Shown: positions 1 through 9,842 of the stretch, piece after piece
How the letters are laid out: every line of letters begins with the position of its first letter
Numbering within the stretch: position 1 is the stretch's first letter
The notes under the pieces: generated by a model
Told to the model about the DNA's origin: nothing
The model's database searches: none
The model's input: only the letters and a program-made list of their open reading frames with translations
Assembly (NCBI GenBank): GCA_963725785.1
Contig: CAVRZV010000011.1
Coordinates: forward strand, 165,956 to 229,955
Source: an uncultured Bacteroidales bacterium
Lineage (GTDB): Bacteria; Bacteroidota; Bacteroidia; Bacteroidales; VadinHA17
Direction of reading: 5' to 3'
DNA: 64,000 nt
Position numbers and translations under genes: made by a program

Positions 1-3000
1 AGTATAAATACTACAGGACTTGTGACAGCTATTTCAAATGGAACCGTTACGGCAGTTGCTACTGCTTCTGACGCTTCGGGAGTTACTGGTACATTTGCTA
101 TTACTATTAACACCAATTTAATTCCGGTTAGTTATATAACTGTTTTGGGAGCCGGTGGTATCTCTACTATTACCTCAAACCAAGGATCACTTCAGTTAAG
201 TGAAAGTGTATCACCAGCAAATGCAACTGATAATACTGTAATGTGGACCCTCATTAATGGTACCGGACGAGCTACTATCAATTCTTCTGGTCTTGTTACC
301 GCTATTGACAATGGGACAGTAACTGCCAGGGCAACGGCTAATGATGGCTCAGGTATTTTTGGAAATCTTATTATTACTATTTCCAATCAGACCATATTGG
401 TGACAAGTATTAATATCAGCGGATCAGGAGGAGCAACTTCCATAACTACTGATGACGGAACTCTTCAACTTATAGCAACTGTGTTACCCGCAGATGCTGA
501 TATAAATTCTGTGACATGGTCAATAGTCAATGGGACCGGACAGGCTACAATTAGTTCCGGGGGCCTTGTTACTGCCATTGATAACGGAACTGTCCTGGCT
601 GCTGCAACAGCTAATGATGGCTCAGGTGTTTACGGGAGCATGGTTCTTAACCTTTATAACCAGATAATACATGTAACTAATATTTCTGTAAGCGGAACTG
701 GAGGAGTAACTACTATATCTTCTGATAACGGAACTCTTCAGCTTAGTGCAGCAGTATTGCCTGTGAATTCTACTGATAATTCTGTGATATGGTCAATAGT
801 TAACTCAACCGGACATGCTATAATCAGTTCTACAGGTCTCGTGACCGCCATCGACAATGGTACGGTCACGGCCATAGCAACGGCAAATGATGGTTCAGGA
901 ATATCAGGAACCCTTGATATTATTATTTCCAATCAATTGGTGCCGGTAACTGCAATTACCGTCAGAGGAGCAGGAAGCGCAACTACAATCACTACTGATA
1001 ACGGATCGCTTCAATTGAGTGCAGAGTTATTGCCTGTAAATGCTACGGATCAATCGGTAACATGGTCATTGATAAGTGGTACTTCACTTGCCGGCATCAG
1101 TACTACCGGACTGGTGACTGCTATTGATAACGGCACAATTACAGCCCGGGCAACTGCTAATGATGGATCTGGTGTTTATGGCACTCTTGTAATTACTATT
1201 ACCAATCAGATTATTTCTGTTACCGGTATAACTGTTACCGGGTCAGGCGGCAGAACAACAATTACAAATGATAACGGAACACTTCAGCTGTTTGCATCAG
1301 TGGTGCCATCCAATGCAAGTAATAAAGCAGTAACATGGTCGATTGTGAGTGGCGTCGGACTGGCTTCAATAAATTCAAGCGGGCGCGTAACAGCTCTTGA
1401 TAACGGATCCGTTACAGCCAGAGCGACAGCCAGAGACGGCTCCGGTGTTTCCGGAAACCTCATAATTACTATTTCCAATCAAATAATACCAGTGACTTCA
1501 ATAACTGTTACCGGTGCCGGTGGTGGAACTACAATCTCAACCGATAACGGGTCTCTTCAGTTAACTGCAGCAGTGTTGCCTGTCAATTCTACAGATAAAG
1601 CTTATACATGGTCAATAGTAAATGGAACAGGACACGCTACAATTAATTCCACTGGTCTGGTAACAGCTTCGGATAATGGTATTGTTACTGCCAGGGCTAC
1701 TGCAAATGATGGCTCAGGCATTCATGGTGACCTGTTAATAACTATTTCAAACCAGATTGTTCCCGTAACAGGTATCTCGATTACAGGATCAGGAGGGGCA
1801 ACCATTATCGCTACAAATGATGGCACGCTTCAGCTTAGTGCAGTAGTAATACCGGCTAACGCGACGGATAAAACTGTGACCTGGTCTTTGACAAATGGCA
1901 ACGGGCAGGCTGTCATCAATTCCACAGGACTTGTTTCCGCAATTGATAATGGTACCGTTACAGCAACTGCCACAGCTAACGATGGATCAGGAGTATATGC
2001 CTCACTGATAATAGATATATTTAACCAGGTAATACCGGTAACCGGCATTACTGTTACCGGTTCAGGCGGAGTATCTGCCATTAATGTCAATAATGGAACA
2101 CTTCAGATGAGTGCAACGGTTTTGCCGGCAAATGCAAGTGATAAAACCATAACATGGACTTTGGTAAATGGAACTGGCCTGGCTATTCTTAATGCTTCCG
2201 GTTTTATAACAGCAATCAATAATGGATCTGTTACAGTCAGGGCATCAGCTAATGATGGATCTGGCGTCTTTGGAGACAGGGTAATCAATATTTCGAATCA
2301 GATAGGACCTGTAACGTCAATCACTGTATCAGGAGCAGGTGGCGAGACTTCCATTACCACTAATAAGGGATCTCTTCAGCTTAGTGCCGCGGTATTCCCT
2401 GCGAATACTGCTATTCAAACTGTTTCGTGGTCATTTGTCAGTGGCACAGGACTGGCTACCATAAATGCAACTGGTCTTTTATCAGCAATTGATAATGGAA
2501 CTGTTACAGTCAGAGCAACAGCTAATGATGGTTCAGGTGTTTATGGTACCATTGTTATCACAATTTCCAACCAGATAATTCAGGTAACAGGTATAAGTGT
2601 TACCAGTGCAGGTGGAACTAACTATATCGCAACTGATAATGGAACCCTTCAACTAACTGCTGCTGTATTTCCGGCAAGTGCCGCAAATAAATCAGTGACA
2701 TGGTCCATAATCCCGGGTTCCGGACAAGCCACTGTAAGTAACACTGGCCTTGTCACGGCTGTTGACAATGGTACTGTCACGGCAATGGCTACTGCAAATG
2801 ACGGATCGGGAGTTTATGGTGCCATGGGCATCTATATTTCTGCACAGATAACACCTGTATCGGCCATCAGTGTCAGGGGAGCAGACGGGACAACAGCTAT
2901 AACTGATGCTAATGTTTCCCTGCAGTTAATTGCAACTGTTATGCCGGAAAATGCCACAGTCAGCAGTGTTACATGGTCGTTAGTAAAAGGCAGGGAACTG

Positions 3001-3354
3001 GCTGCTATCGATTCTACCGGGCTGGTCACGGCTTTTAATAACGGTACTGTTACGGTTAAGGCTGCAGCCAATGATGGATCAGGAGTGTACGGATCAATCG
3101 TTATTCCAATATTTATAGAAGATTTCGATCTAACCTTTTCGGCTGTTACACGTGATGAATTAAAAATAAAACTAAACAATAACTATATATCCTGGAAAGC
3201 CGGGCTGTATAGTATTCAGGGTAGTTTGTTACTTAGCAAGCTTGTCAATAGTGATGTACTTGTTTTTGATATCTCATCACTTCATTCAGGTTTATATATT
3301 GTCGTTTTATCAAAAGGGAAAAATATAAGAATGGCAAAAGTAATTAAACCATAA
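1..3354 (+). CDS. Large Ig-like (Big_2-type) repeat surface protein with C-terminal T9SS sorting domain; 5' end lies outside the window
   Basis: Frame 1 is open from base 1 (SINTTGLVTA...). About 12 repeats of ~91 aa (273 bp), each containing VTWS...GLVTAIDNGTVTAxATANDGSG. The C-terminus (LYSIQG...FDISSLHSGLYIVVL...KVIKP) resembles a T9SS type A CTD. Confidence 0.85.
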   Translation, partial: SINTTGLVTAISNGTVTAVATASDASGVTGTFAITINTNLIPVSYITVLGAGGISTITSNQGSLQLSESVSPANATDNTVMWTLINGTGRATINSSGLVTAIDNGTVTARATANDGSGIFGNLIITISNQTILVTSINISGSGGATSITTDDGTLQLIATVLPADADINSVTWSIVNGTGQATISSGGLVTAIDNGTVLAAATANDGSGVYGSMVLNLYNQIIHVTNISVSGTGGVTTISSDNGTLQLSAAVLPVNSTDNSVIWSIVNSTGHAIISSTGLVTAIDNGTVTAIATANDGSGISGTLDIIISNQLVPVTAITVRGAGSATTITTDNGSLQLSAELLPVNATDQSVTWSLISGTSLAGISTTGLVTAIDNGTITARATANDGSGVYGTLVITITNQIISVTGITVTGSGGRTTITNDNGTLQLFASVVPSNASNKAVTWSIVSGVGLASINSSGRVTALDNGSVTARATARDGSGVSGNLIITISNQIIPVTSITVTGAGGGTTISTDNGSLQLTAAVLPVNSTDKAYTWSIVNGTGHATINSTGLVTASDNGIVTARATANDGSGIHGDLLITISNQIVPVTGISITGSGGATIIATNDGTLQLSAVVIPANATDKTVTWSLTNGNGQAVINSTGLVSAIDNGTVTATATANDGSGVYASLIIDIFNQVIPVTGITVTGSGGVSAINVNNGTLQMSATVLPANASDKTITWTLVNGTGLAILNASGFITAINNGSVTVRASANDGSGVFGDRVINISNQIGPVTSITVSGAGGETSITTNKGSLQLSAAVFPANTAIQTVSWSFVSGTGLATINATGLLSAIDNGTVTVRATANDGSGVYGTIVITISNQIIQVTGISVTSAGGTNYIATDNGTLQLTAAVFPASAANKSVTWSIIPGSGQATVSNTGLVTAVDNGTVTAMATANDGSGVYGAMGIYISAQITPVSAISVRGADGTTAITDANVSLQLIATVMPENATVSSVTWSLVKGRELAAIDSTGLVTAFNNGTVTVKAAANDGSGVYGSIVIPIFIEDFDLTFSAVTRDELKIKLNNNYISWKAGLYSIQGSLLLSKLVNSDVLVFDISSLHSGLYIVVLSKGKNIRMAKVIKP

Positions 3355-3375
3355 TTTATTGATTTGGTCAGTCAA

Positions 3376-4800
3376 TTAAACTTCTTTAAGCTTCCACTTC
3401 CCTCTTCTGAACACAAGCCAGGCTATAAGAGTCATTAAAGATTCTGCTACTACTATTGCAATAAAGACTCCTTCTTCATTGAAACCTGCTTTTATCGCCA
3501 GTAACCATGCCAGAGGAATTTCAACGCACCAAAAAGCAAAAATATTTATTTTCAAAGGTGTAGATGTATCACCTGCTCCATTGAAAGAATTCACCAGTAC
3601 CATACCGAGACCATACGCTACGAAACCAATACTTACGATCCGAAGGCCAAGTACACCTGCCTTTACAACTGCTTCATCACTTATAAATATCCGTATAAAA
3701 ACTTCCGGAAAAAGTACAAGGAAAATACCTATGGTACCGAGCAATATCATATTTATCCATCCTGTTACCCATACAGCTCTTTCAGCTCTTTCCGGTTTTT
3801 TTGCACCAAGGTTTTGTCCAACAAGAGTTGAAGCAGCATTGCTAATTCCCCATGATGGTAAGATTGTAAATCCGATTATCCTCATAGCAATTGTATAGCC
3901 GGCCACAACTTCACTTCCAAACATAGAAATAATCCTGACAAGTGCTATCCAGCTTGTTGTTCCGATAAGGTTCTGTCCAATGCTGCCAATTGATAACCTG
4001 AGCAATTTCAACATAATTTTGAAATCAATTTCAAGGTGTTTAATTGAAAGTCTGATACGTTTTTTTCCGAAAAACAGAAGATAGAACTGAACAAGAACGG
4101 CAGTCCCTCTGCCAATAGTTGTTGCAACAGCCGCCCCGGTTACTCCCAGATGTGGAAATGGTCCAAGACCAAAAATCAGACATGGATCCAATAAAATATT
4201 TATGATATTCCCGATCCATAGCACCTTCATTGCAAGTGCTGCATCTCCGGCACTTCTGAAAATTGCATTTATGATAAACAGCATCATAATAACTATATTA
4301 CCACCAAGCATAATGGTCGTATACCCGGACATAGTTTTTACAATTGGTTGTGAGGCTCCCATCATACTCAGAAGTTTCTCAGAGAAAAGTGCACCTGGTA
4401 TTCCTATTAACAATGAAACTACTATACCGGTGAGAATTGCCTGAAAAGCTGCAACGGATGCTGCATCAGGATTCTTTTCGCCGATTCTTCTGGAAACCAG
4501 TGACGTTGTTGCAGTTCCCAGACCAATAGAAATAGCATAGATGATAGTCAACATCGATTCGGTAATACCAACTGTGGCAACAGCATTGGCTCCAAGTTTG
4601 GAAACAAAGAAAATATCAACGATTACAAAAATTGATTCCATAACCATTTCCAGAACAGCAGGGATAGATAGTAAAAGAATTGCCCGGCTCAGGGTTCCCT
4701 CCGTATAATCCTGCTCAGTGCCGGAGATAGCTTCGGAAATACTGTTGAAGAAAGACTTTATTTTTCTGTGGATATTTATATTTGTATGTTCAGAATTCAT
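3376..4800 (-). CDS. MATE family efflux transporter
   Basis: 474 aa, about 12 hydrophobic segments, two-fold internal repeat, MATE-like motifs (VDIFFVSKLG, RSAGD, NIILDPCLIFG, GQNLGA). Confidence 0.92.
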   Translation of the reverse strand: MNSEHTNINIHRKIKSFFNSISEAISGTEQDYTEGTLSRAILLLSIPAVLEMVMESIFVIVDIFFVSKLGANAVATVGITESMLTIIYAISIGLGTATTSLVSRRIGEKNPDAASVAAFQAILTGIVVSLLIGIPGALFSEKLLSMMGASQPIVKTMSGYTTIMLGGNIVIMMLFIINAIFRSAGDAALAMKVLWIGNIINILLDPCLIFGLGPFPHLGVTGAAVATTIGRGTAVLVQFYLLFFGKKRIRLSIKHLEIDFKIMLKLLRLSIGSIGQNLIGTTSWIALVRIISMFGSEVVAGYTIAMRIIGFTILPSWGISNAASTLVGQNLGAKKPERAERAVWVTGWINMILLGTIGIFLVLFPEVFIRIFISDEAVVKAGVLGLRIVSIGFVAYGLGMVLVNSFNGAGDTSTPLKINIFAFWCVEIPLAWLLAIKAGFNEEGVFIAIVVAESLMTLIAWLVFRRGKWKLKEV

Positions 4801-5292
4801 ATTATAAGCTGCAAATATTATTTACGCGAAAACGCAACATTTATTAATAATCATCGTTAGAGTGAATATTTTTAATTTAAGATCAGGACGCAAAAGTATT
4901 TTAAATTAATTTCTCTGAGAAATTCCGGTACGATTATTGAGAGTACGCAATACTTAATTTTAATATATAAAAGACAACTTTGCAAATAAATGAGTATATG
5001 GTTTCTAAAGTGATTCGAAAAAACAAGATCAAAAAAGTACCAGATAATAAGATGGTTCCTTTCAGAAATCTATTTGGTATAAAACATTGTATAACAGCGT
5101 TTTAATGCTAGTATATACTACGTGCAGAAAATCGATTGTTAATAAAATGCCAATAGTGTTAATATTTCTGATGGTCGAATGATACATTGTATTTATAGAT
5201 TATATACTTTCGTGACTAATTATTTAAAATAAACATTACTAATTTAAAACAAACAAACTAAAAAGAAAAGGTGAAAAATTTCATCATCTGTT

Positions 5293-6534
5293 ATGAACGC
5301 TAACAATAATGAGGCTACGACGCTCCACGGAGAGAGTCGCCTCGTGGGTTGCTCTTCTGATGAAGAGCCTGGCGCGAAAACCACGATTTTTTCGCAAAAC
5401 GAAATCCCAATTCCGTTAGTTAGCAACCGAAGTTCGGAGTTCATGCACCGCTACTTCCCCCTAACGACTATCGACTCCTGGAATGATTGGAAATGGCAAC
5501 TTCGGAATGCAATCACAAGCATCGAAGATCTAAAGAAAATCATGAAATTATCCGACAAGGAGATTATGGCTATTAATAACCTTAAAGGCCGTTTACCGCT
5601 CCGGATCACACCCTATTTTGCTTCACTAATTTACAACAGTAAACCGTCGCATCCTTTGAGGCGGAATGTAATTCCCGTTGTAGAAGAATTGATTGAATCA
5701 AGTAGTGAACAATCGGATCCTCTGCACGAGAAATCGTTCTCACCTGTTAAGGGAATTGTTCACAGATACCCCGACAGGGTTTTGTTTACAGTAACACAGG
5801 TCTGTTCAAATTATTGCAGGTACTGTACACGCTCGCATTCCGTCGGGAGACTTGACAAACTGGGCCGACAGGATTTTGAAAAGGCTTTTAATTATATTGC
5901 AGGCCATAAAGAAGTACGAGATGTACTTATTAGCGGGGGCGATCCACTCACTTTAAATGATGAGACTCTCGACTATATACTTTCAAATATCCGTAGTATT
6001 GAGCATGTTGAAATTATAAGGATAGGAACCAGAATTCCCGTGGTTCTTCCGCAGCGAATTACTGATAATCTGATAATTATTCTTAAAAAATATCATCCTC
6101 TTTTTATCAGCCTGCATTTTTCACATCCTGATGAAATTACGGATGAATGTGCAAAAGCATGCAATAAACTGGCCGATGGAGGATTCCCTCTCGGAAGCCA
6201 GACAGTTCTTCTTAAAGGTATTAATGATAATGTACCTACTATGAAGGAGCTTATGCATAAATTGCTGAAGATAAGGGTCAGACCCTATTATCTTTATCAA
6301 TGTGATTTAATACCAGGATCAGGGCATTTCAGAACGACCGTCAAAAAAGGTCTTGAAATTATAAAAGGACTACGAGGTTTCACAAGTGGTTATGCAGTAC
6401 CTACATTTGTTGTGGATGCTCCCGGTGGCGGAGGAAAAATTCCTTTACTCCCAAACTACGTTGTAGATCATAATGAAGAGCGGATAGTATTGCGCAACTA
6501 CAAAGGTGTATTATGCGAGTATCCTGAAAAATAA
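5293..6534 (+). CDS. KamA-family radical SAM protein (lysine 2,3-aminomutase-like)
   Basis: HRYPDRVLF, CSNYCRYC (CxxxCxxC), SGGDPL, YQCD, and VDAPGGGGKIP containing the PLP lysine. Confidence 0.9.
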   Translation: MNANNNEATTLHGESRLVGCSSDEEPGAKTTIFSQNEIPIPLVSNRSSEFMHRYFPLTTIDSWNDWKWQLRNAITSIEDLKKIMKLSDKEIMAINNLKGRLPLRITPYFASLIYNSKPSHPLRRNVIPVVEELIESSSEQSDPLHEKSFSPVKGIVHRYPDRVLFTVTQVCSNYCRYCTRSHSVGRLDKLGRQDFEKAFNYIAGHKEVRDVLISGGDPLTLNDETLDYILSNIRSIEHVEIIRIGTRIPVVLPQRITDNLIIILKKYHPLFISLHFSHPDEITDECAKACNKLADGGFPLGSQTVLLKGINDNVPTMKELMHKLLKIRVRPYYLYQCDLIPGSGHFRTTVKKGLEIIKGLRGFTSGYAVPTFVVDAPGGGGKIPLLPNYVVDHNEERIVLRNYKGVLCEYPEK

Positions 6535-6543
6535 GGTTTATAA

Positions 6544-7512
6544 ATGAAAATTGGTTTAACGTATGATCTTCGGTCATGGTATACTGACCGCGGATATTCC
6601 ATGGATGAAACAGCCGAATTTGACAAGCAGGAAACAGTCGATGCCCTTGAAAATTCACTAAAACAGATGGGCCATGAAACTGAACCTGTAGGAAATGTTT
6701 TTCAGTTAATCGAAGCTCTTGCCCACGGGAAAAAATGGGATATCGTTTTTAATATTGCTGAAGGATTGTATGGTGATGGCAGAGAATCTGTTGTTCCTGC
6801 CATTCTCGACCAATACAAAATACCGTATGTTTTTAGCGGTCCGGTGATAATGGGATTATCTCTGAATAAGCACCTTGCAAAACTTGTAGTTGCAGCTTCA
6901 GGAGTACCGGTAAGCCCGGGTTACCTGATAACCGATTTTAAAGATCTGGAAAAATGTAATCTCAATTATCCTCTTTTTGTTAAACCAGTATCTGAAGGAA
7001 CAGGTAAAGGAATTACCGATAAAAGTCTTGTTAATAATCCTGCTGAGCTATCGAAAATGGTTAAATGGATTCTCCATGAATTCCGTCAACCTGCTCTTGT
7101 AGAAGAGTATTTACCAGGGAGGGAATTCACAGTGGGAATTGTAGGATATGGAGATGAAGCTCAAGCAATAGGCGGGATGGAAGTAATGACGATCAATAAT
7201 CTGCCCTATTCAGTTGAAGTAAAAGAAAATTATCAGAATTATTGTACATATAAACCTCTTGATGCAGATATTATCGACGAATGCAAAACGGTCGCTCTCG
7301 GCGCCTGGAAAGCATTGGATGCAGTCGATGCCGGAAGAGTTGATCTGAAAGCCGACCGCTTTGGAAAGATTTGTTTTATTGAAGCAAATCCGTTAGCCGG
7401 ACTTAACCCTGTTCATTCTGACCTTCCAATTCTATCTCGCATGTATGGTATTGAATACCAAACATTAATGGAGATGATAATGAAAGCAGCCATCAAGAGG
7501 ATCAAGGGGTAA
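6544..7512 (+). CDS. ATP-grasp ligase, D-Ala-D-Ala ligase-like (copy 1)
   Basis: FNIAEG, PLFVKPVSEGTGKGI, LVEEYLPGREFTVG, GRVD, IEANPLAG. Lacks the canonical Ddl N-terminal GGxSxEH motif. Confidence 0.85.
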   Translation: MKIGLTYDLRSWYTDRGYSMDETAEFDKQETVDALENSLKQMGHETEPVGNVFQLIEALAHGKKWDIVFNIAEGLYGDGRESVVPAILDQYKIPYVFSGPVIMGLSLNKHLAKLVVAASGVPVSPGYLITDFKDLEKCNLNYPLFVKPVSEGTGKGITDKSLVNNPAELSKMVKWILHEFRQPALVEEYLPGREFTVGIVGYGDEAQAIGGMEVMTINNLPYSVEVKENYQNYCTYKPLDADIIDECKTVALGAWKALDAVDAGRVDLKADRFGKICFIEANPLAGLNPVHSDLPILSRMYGIEYQTLMEMIMKAAIKRIKG

Positions 7513-7554
7513 AAAGCTTATAGAATGTGTTTTAAAAGTTAGAGTCGAGTAATT

Positions 7555-8518
7555 ATGAGGAGATGTTGTATTATTTATAATGAACCGGGTAAAAGCGCTT
7601 TAGCTGATGAACTTGATGTACTTGACCAGGTAGCTCATATCGAAAAACACCTTATTGATCTGGGAATTAAAGTCTTATAGGAAAGGTATTACTGATCAAT
7701 TTATGACTGAGATGGCAGCTCTGGCAAAAGATAAGCCTGATTTTGTTTTTAACCTTGTTGAATCTATCAATAATAAAGGGGAACTCATCTATTTTGTACC
7801 GGCTCTTCTGAATTTGTACGCCCTTCCTTACTCGGGGAATTCGCTGGAATCGATATTTCTGACAAGCAATAAGACAATATGCAGTAAAATGATGAAGAAT
7901 GCGGGAATAAAAAATCCCGGATCATACCTTCCTTCCCAATTTAAGCTTCTTGAAAATGGGAAAAAGTATATTGTTAAACCTATATGGGAGGATGGTTCCC
8001 TTGGAATTAATAGCGAATCAGTATTTGAGTGCAAAAATGGGTTTGAAGAAAAACTAAAAGGTTTGGATGATGCTCATTGGTTTATTGAAGACTTTATTGA
8101 CGGCAGGGAATTTAATATAAGTGTTTTAGCCAAAAAAGACGGTCCTGAGGTTTTGCCTCCGGCTGAGATAGTATTTGTGAACTACGATGCCGACAGACCA
8201 AAGATCATCGATTTTAAAGCAAAATGGGAAATGGACAGTTTTGAATACATAAATACTGTCCGGGAATTTCCAGGTAACAAACTGAACAGCCGTTTATTGT
8301 CAAACCTGAAAAATGCAGCATTATCCTGCTGGAAACTATTTGATTTAAAGGGTTATGCAAGAGTTGATGTCAGAACTGATAACAACGATAATGTTTATGT
8401 AATTGAGATAAATGGCAATCCGTGTATTTCCCCCGACGGTGGATTTGTTGCTGCAACCAGAGAAGCAGGATATCCCTTCACAGAGGTTTTACAGAGGATC
8501 ATTGATGATCTTAATTAG
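7555..8518 (+). CDS. ATP-grasp ligase, D-Ala-D-Ala ligase-like (copy 2), with a +1 indel near 7675
   Basis: ATG at 7555 gives MRRCCIIYNEP...DLGIKV, then the frame shifts to YRKGITDQ...FNLVES...IVKPIWEDGSLGI...EDFIDGREFN...GYARVD...IEINGNP. Confidence 0.8.
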
Positions 8519-8533
8519 TGATTAAAACAGTAA

Positions 8534-8902
8534 ATGAAAGGTCTATATACAGTACTGCTGCTTGTAATGTCAAATACATTCATGACAGTTGCCTGGTATG
8601 GTCATCTTAAGTTAAGGACATTGAGCAGGTTTGAGAACCTGAGTCTGCTTGCAGTGATTCTGCTTAGCTGGGGGGTAGCTTTTTTTGAGTACTCTCTTCA
8701 GGTACCCGCCAACAGAATTGGTTTCCAGGGAAACGGGGGACCATTCTCTCTGATCGAGTTAAAAGTTATTCAGGAAGTTATTTCAATTTTAGTATTCACG
8801 GGATTTACACTCATCGTTTTTAAAAACGAGCATTTCCGCTTAAACCATCTGATCGGATTTGTGTTTCTGATCCTCGCGGTATTTTTTATTTTTAAAAAAT
8901 AG
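8534..8902 (+). CDS. Small DMT-family membrane protein (DUF486-like)
   Basis: 122 aa, four hydrophobic segments, SNxFMTxAWYGHLK, FEYxLQVPANRIG and LKVIQEVI motifs. Confidence 0.85.
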   Translation: MKGLYTVLLLVMSNTFMTVAWYGHLKLRTLSRFENLSLLAVILLSWGVAFFEYSLQVPANRIGFQGNGGPFSLIELKVIQEVISILVFTGFTLIVFKNEHFRLNHLIGFVFLILAVFFIFKK

Positions 8903-8905
8903 ACC

Positions 8906-9355
8906 CTATTTTATAAGGTTAGCATTGTAATATCGAGGATTATAAGTTACTTCCTCGCCCAGCCAATCGGGCTTTGCAAATTGTTCATCATCTGAAACAA
9001 GTTCTATTTCTGCAATTATCAACCCTTCATTTTTTTCATGAAATACATCAACCTCAAATACGTGTCTTTCGTATGGGATCAAATATCTTGTTTTAACTAT
9101 TCTGCCTGGCAGACACATCTGCATCATCTCTTCAGCATCCTTAACCGGAATCTGTAATTCCCATTCATTCCGTGTAATAGAGTTCTTCCCGGGTCTGCCT
9201 TTTATTGTCAGATATGCTTTTTCATCAGCGATCCTTAGACGGATTGTTTTATCGGGATCTATTGACAGATAAGATTGAATAATCTTTATTTCTTTCGCTG
9301 CCATATGCAGGAACTCCCCTTTTACCAGAAATTTTCGTTCTGTTTCTGTAGCCAT
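8906..9355 (-). CDS. CYTH domain protein
   Basis: N-terminal ETERKFLV (ExExK), RLRI, FEVDVF, AEIEL, WLGEEVT. Confidence 0.9.
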   Translation of the reverse strand: MATETERKFLVKGEFLHMAAKEIKIIQSYLSIDPDKTIRLRIADEKAYLTIKGRPGKNSITRNEWELQIPVKDAEEMMQMCLPGRIVKTRYLIPYERHVFEVDVFHEKNEGLIIAEIELVSDDEQFAKPDWLGEEVTYNPRYYNANLIK

Positions 9356-9623
9356 TTTTTATGTAAAGTTAGTATTAATGAAAACCTCTTATAATCTGAG
9401 AATAAAAAAATGTACTGTTACCCGGCTCTTTTCGCTTGTCTGATGTTTCAACTTCAGACGTTATAAATTTATTAACTTGTTCTTATTAATATAGTTAGCA
9501 TCTATTTCCAAAAGAAGAATATATAGCAAGTCATCAATTTCATTAAAATGTTAACAAATTAATATTTATTAACAATTATGCCTCAAATATTGAAATATAT
9601 TAGGTGGGGAGAAGATCATTTCA

Positions 9624-9775
9624 TAAATTTGATATGATAGTTAAAGGGATTCTTCACGATATATATAGTTATTGTGTTTGTCTTTAGAAATATTTTGGAA
9701 TAGTTTTAGTTTAGGTTGTGAGGGTGAACAAGTGGTTATGGGCTGACGGTTTGTGCCGTCAGCCCATATTTTTTT
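9624..9775 (+). ncRNA. Candidate small RNA bounded by a promoter and an intrinsic terminator
   Basis: TAAATTTG (-7 box) at 9624-9631, 13-bp hairpin plus T7 at 9737-9775, no ORF in between. ung has its own TAAATTTG at 9787-9794. Confidence 0.4.
9737..9775 (+). terminator. Rho-independent terminator
   Basis: Perfect stem TATGGGCTGACGG / CCGTCAGCCCATA, 6-nt loop, followed by 7 T. Confidence 0.8.
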
Positions 9776-9842
9776 AATCCATTGTTTAAATTTGTACTTT
9801 AGAGGATCCAAACCGGAAGAGCAAAATAAATATTGAATAATT

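Noticed and set aside
192-3179. Series of minus-strand ORFs at regular spacing (192, 738, 1284, 1830...)
   Set aside because: Antisense shadows of the 273-bp Ig repeats; no independent coding signal.
5293-6534. KamA homologue as EF-P modification enzyme EpmB or lysine-fermentation KamA
   Set aside because: No efp/epmA or kamB-E nearby; the context is two ATP-grasp ligases.
7660-7690. Programmed frameshift in the second ATP-grasp gene
   Set aside because: No slippery heptamer or stimulatory structure; it matches the single-base indel pattern seen in many other genes here.
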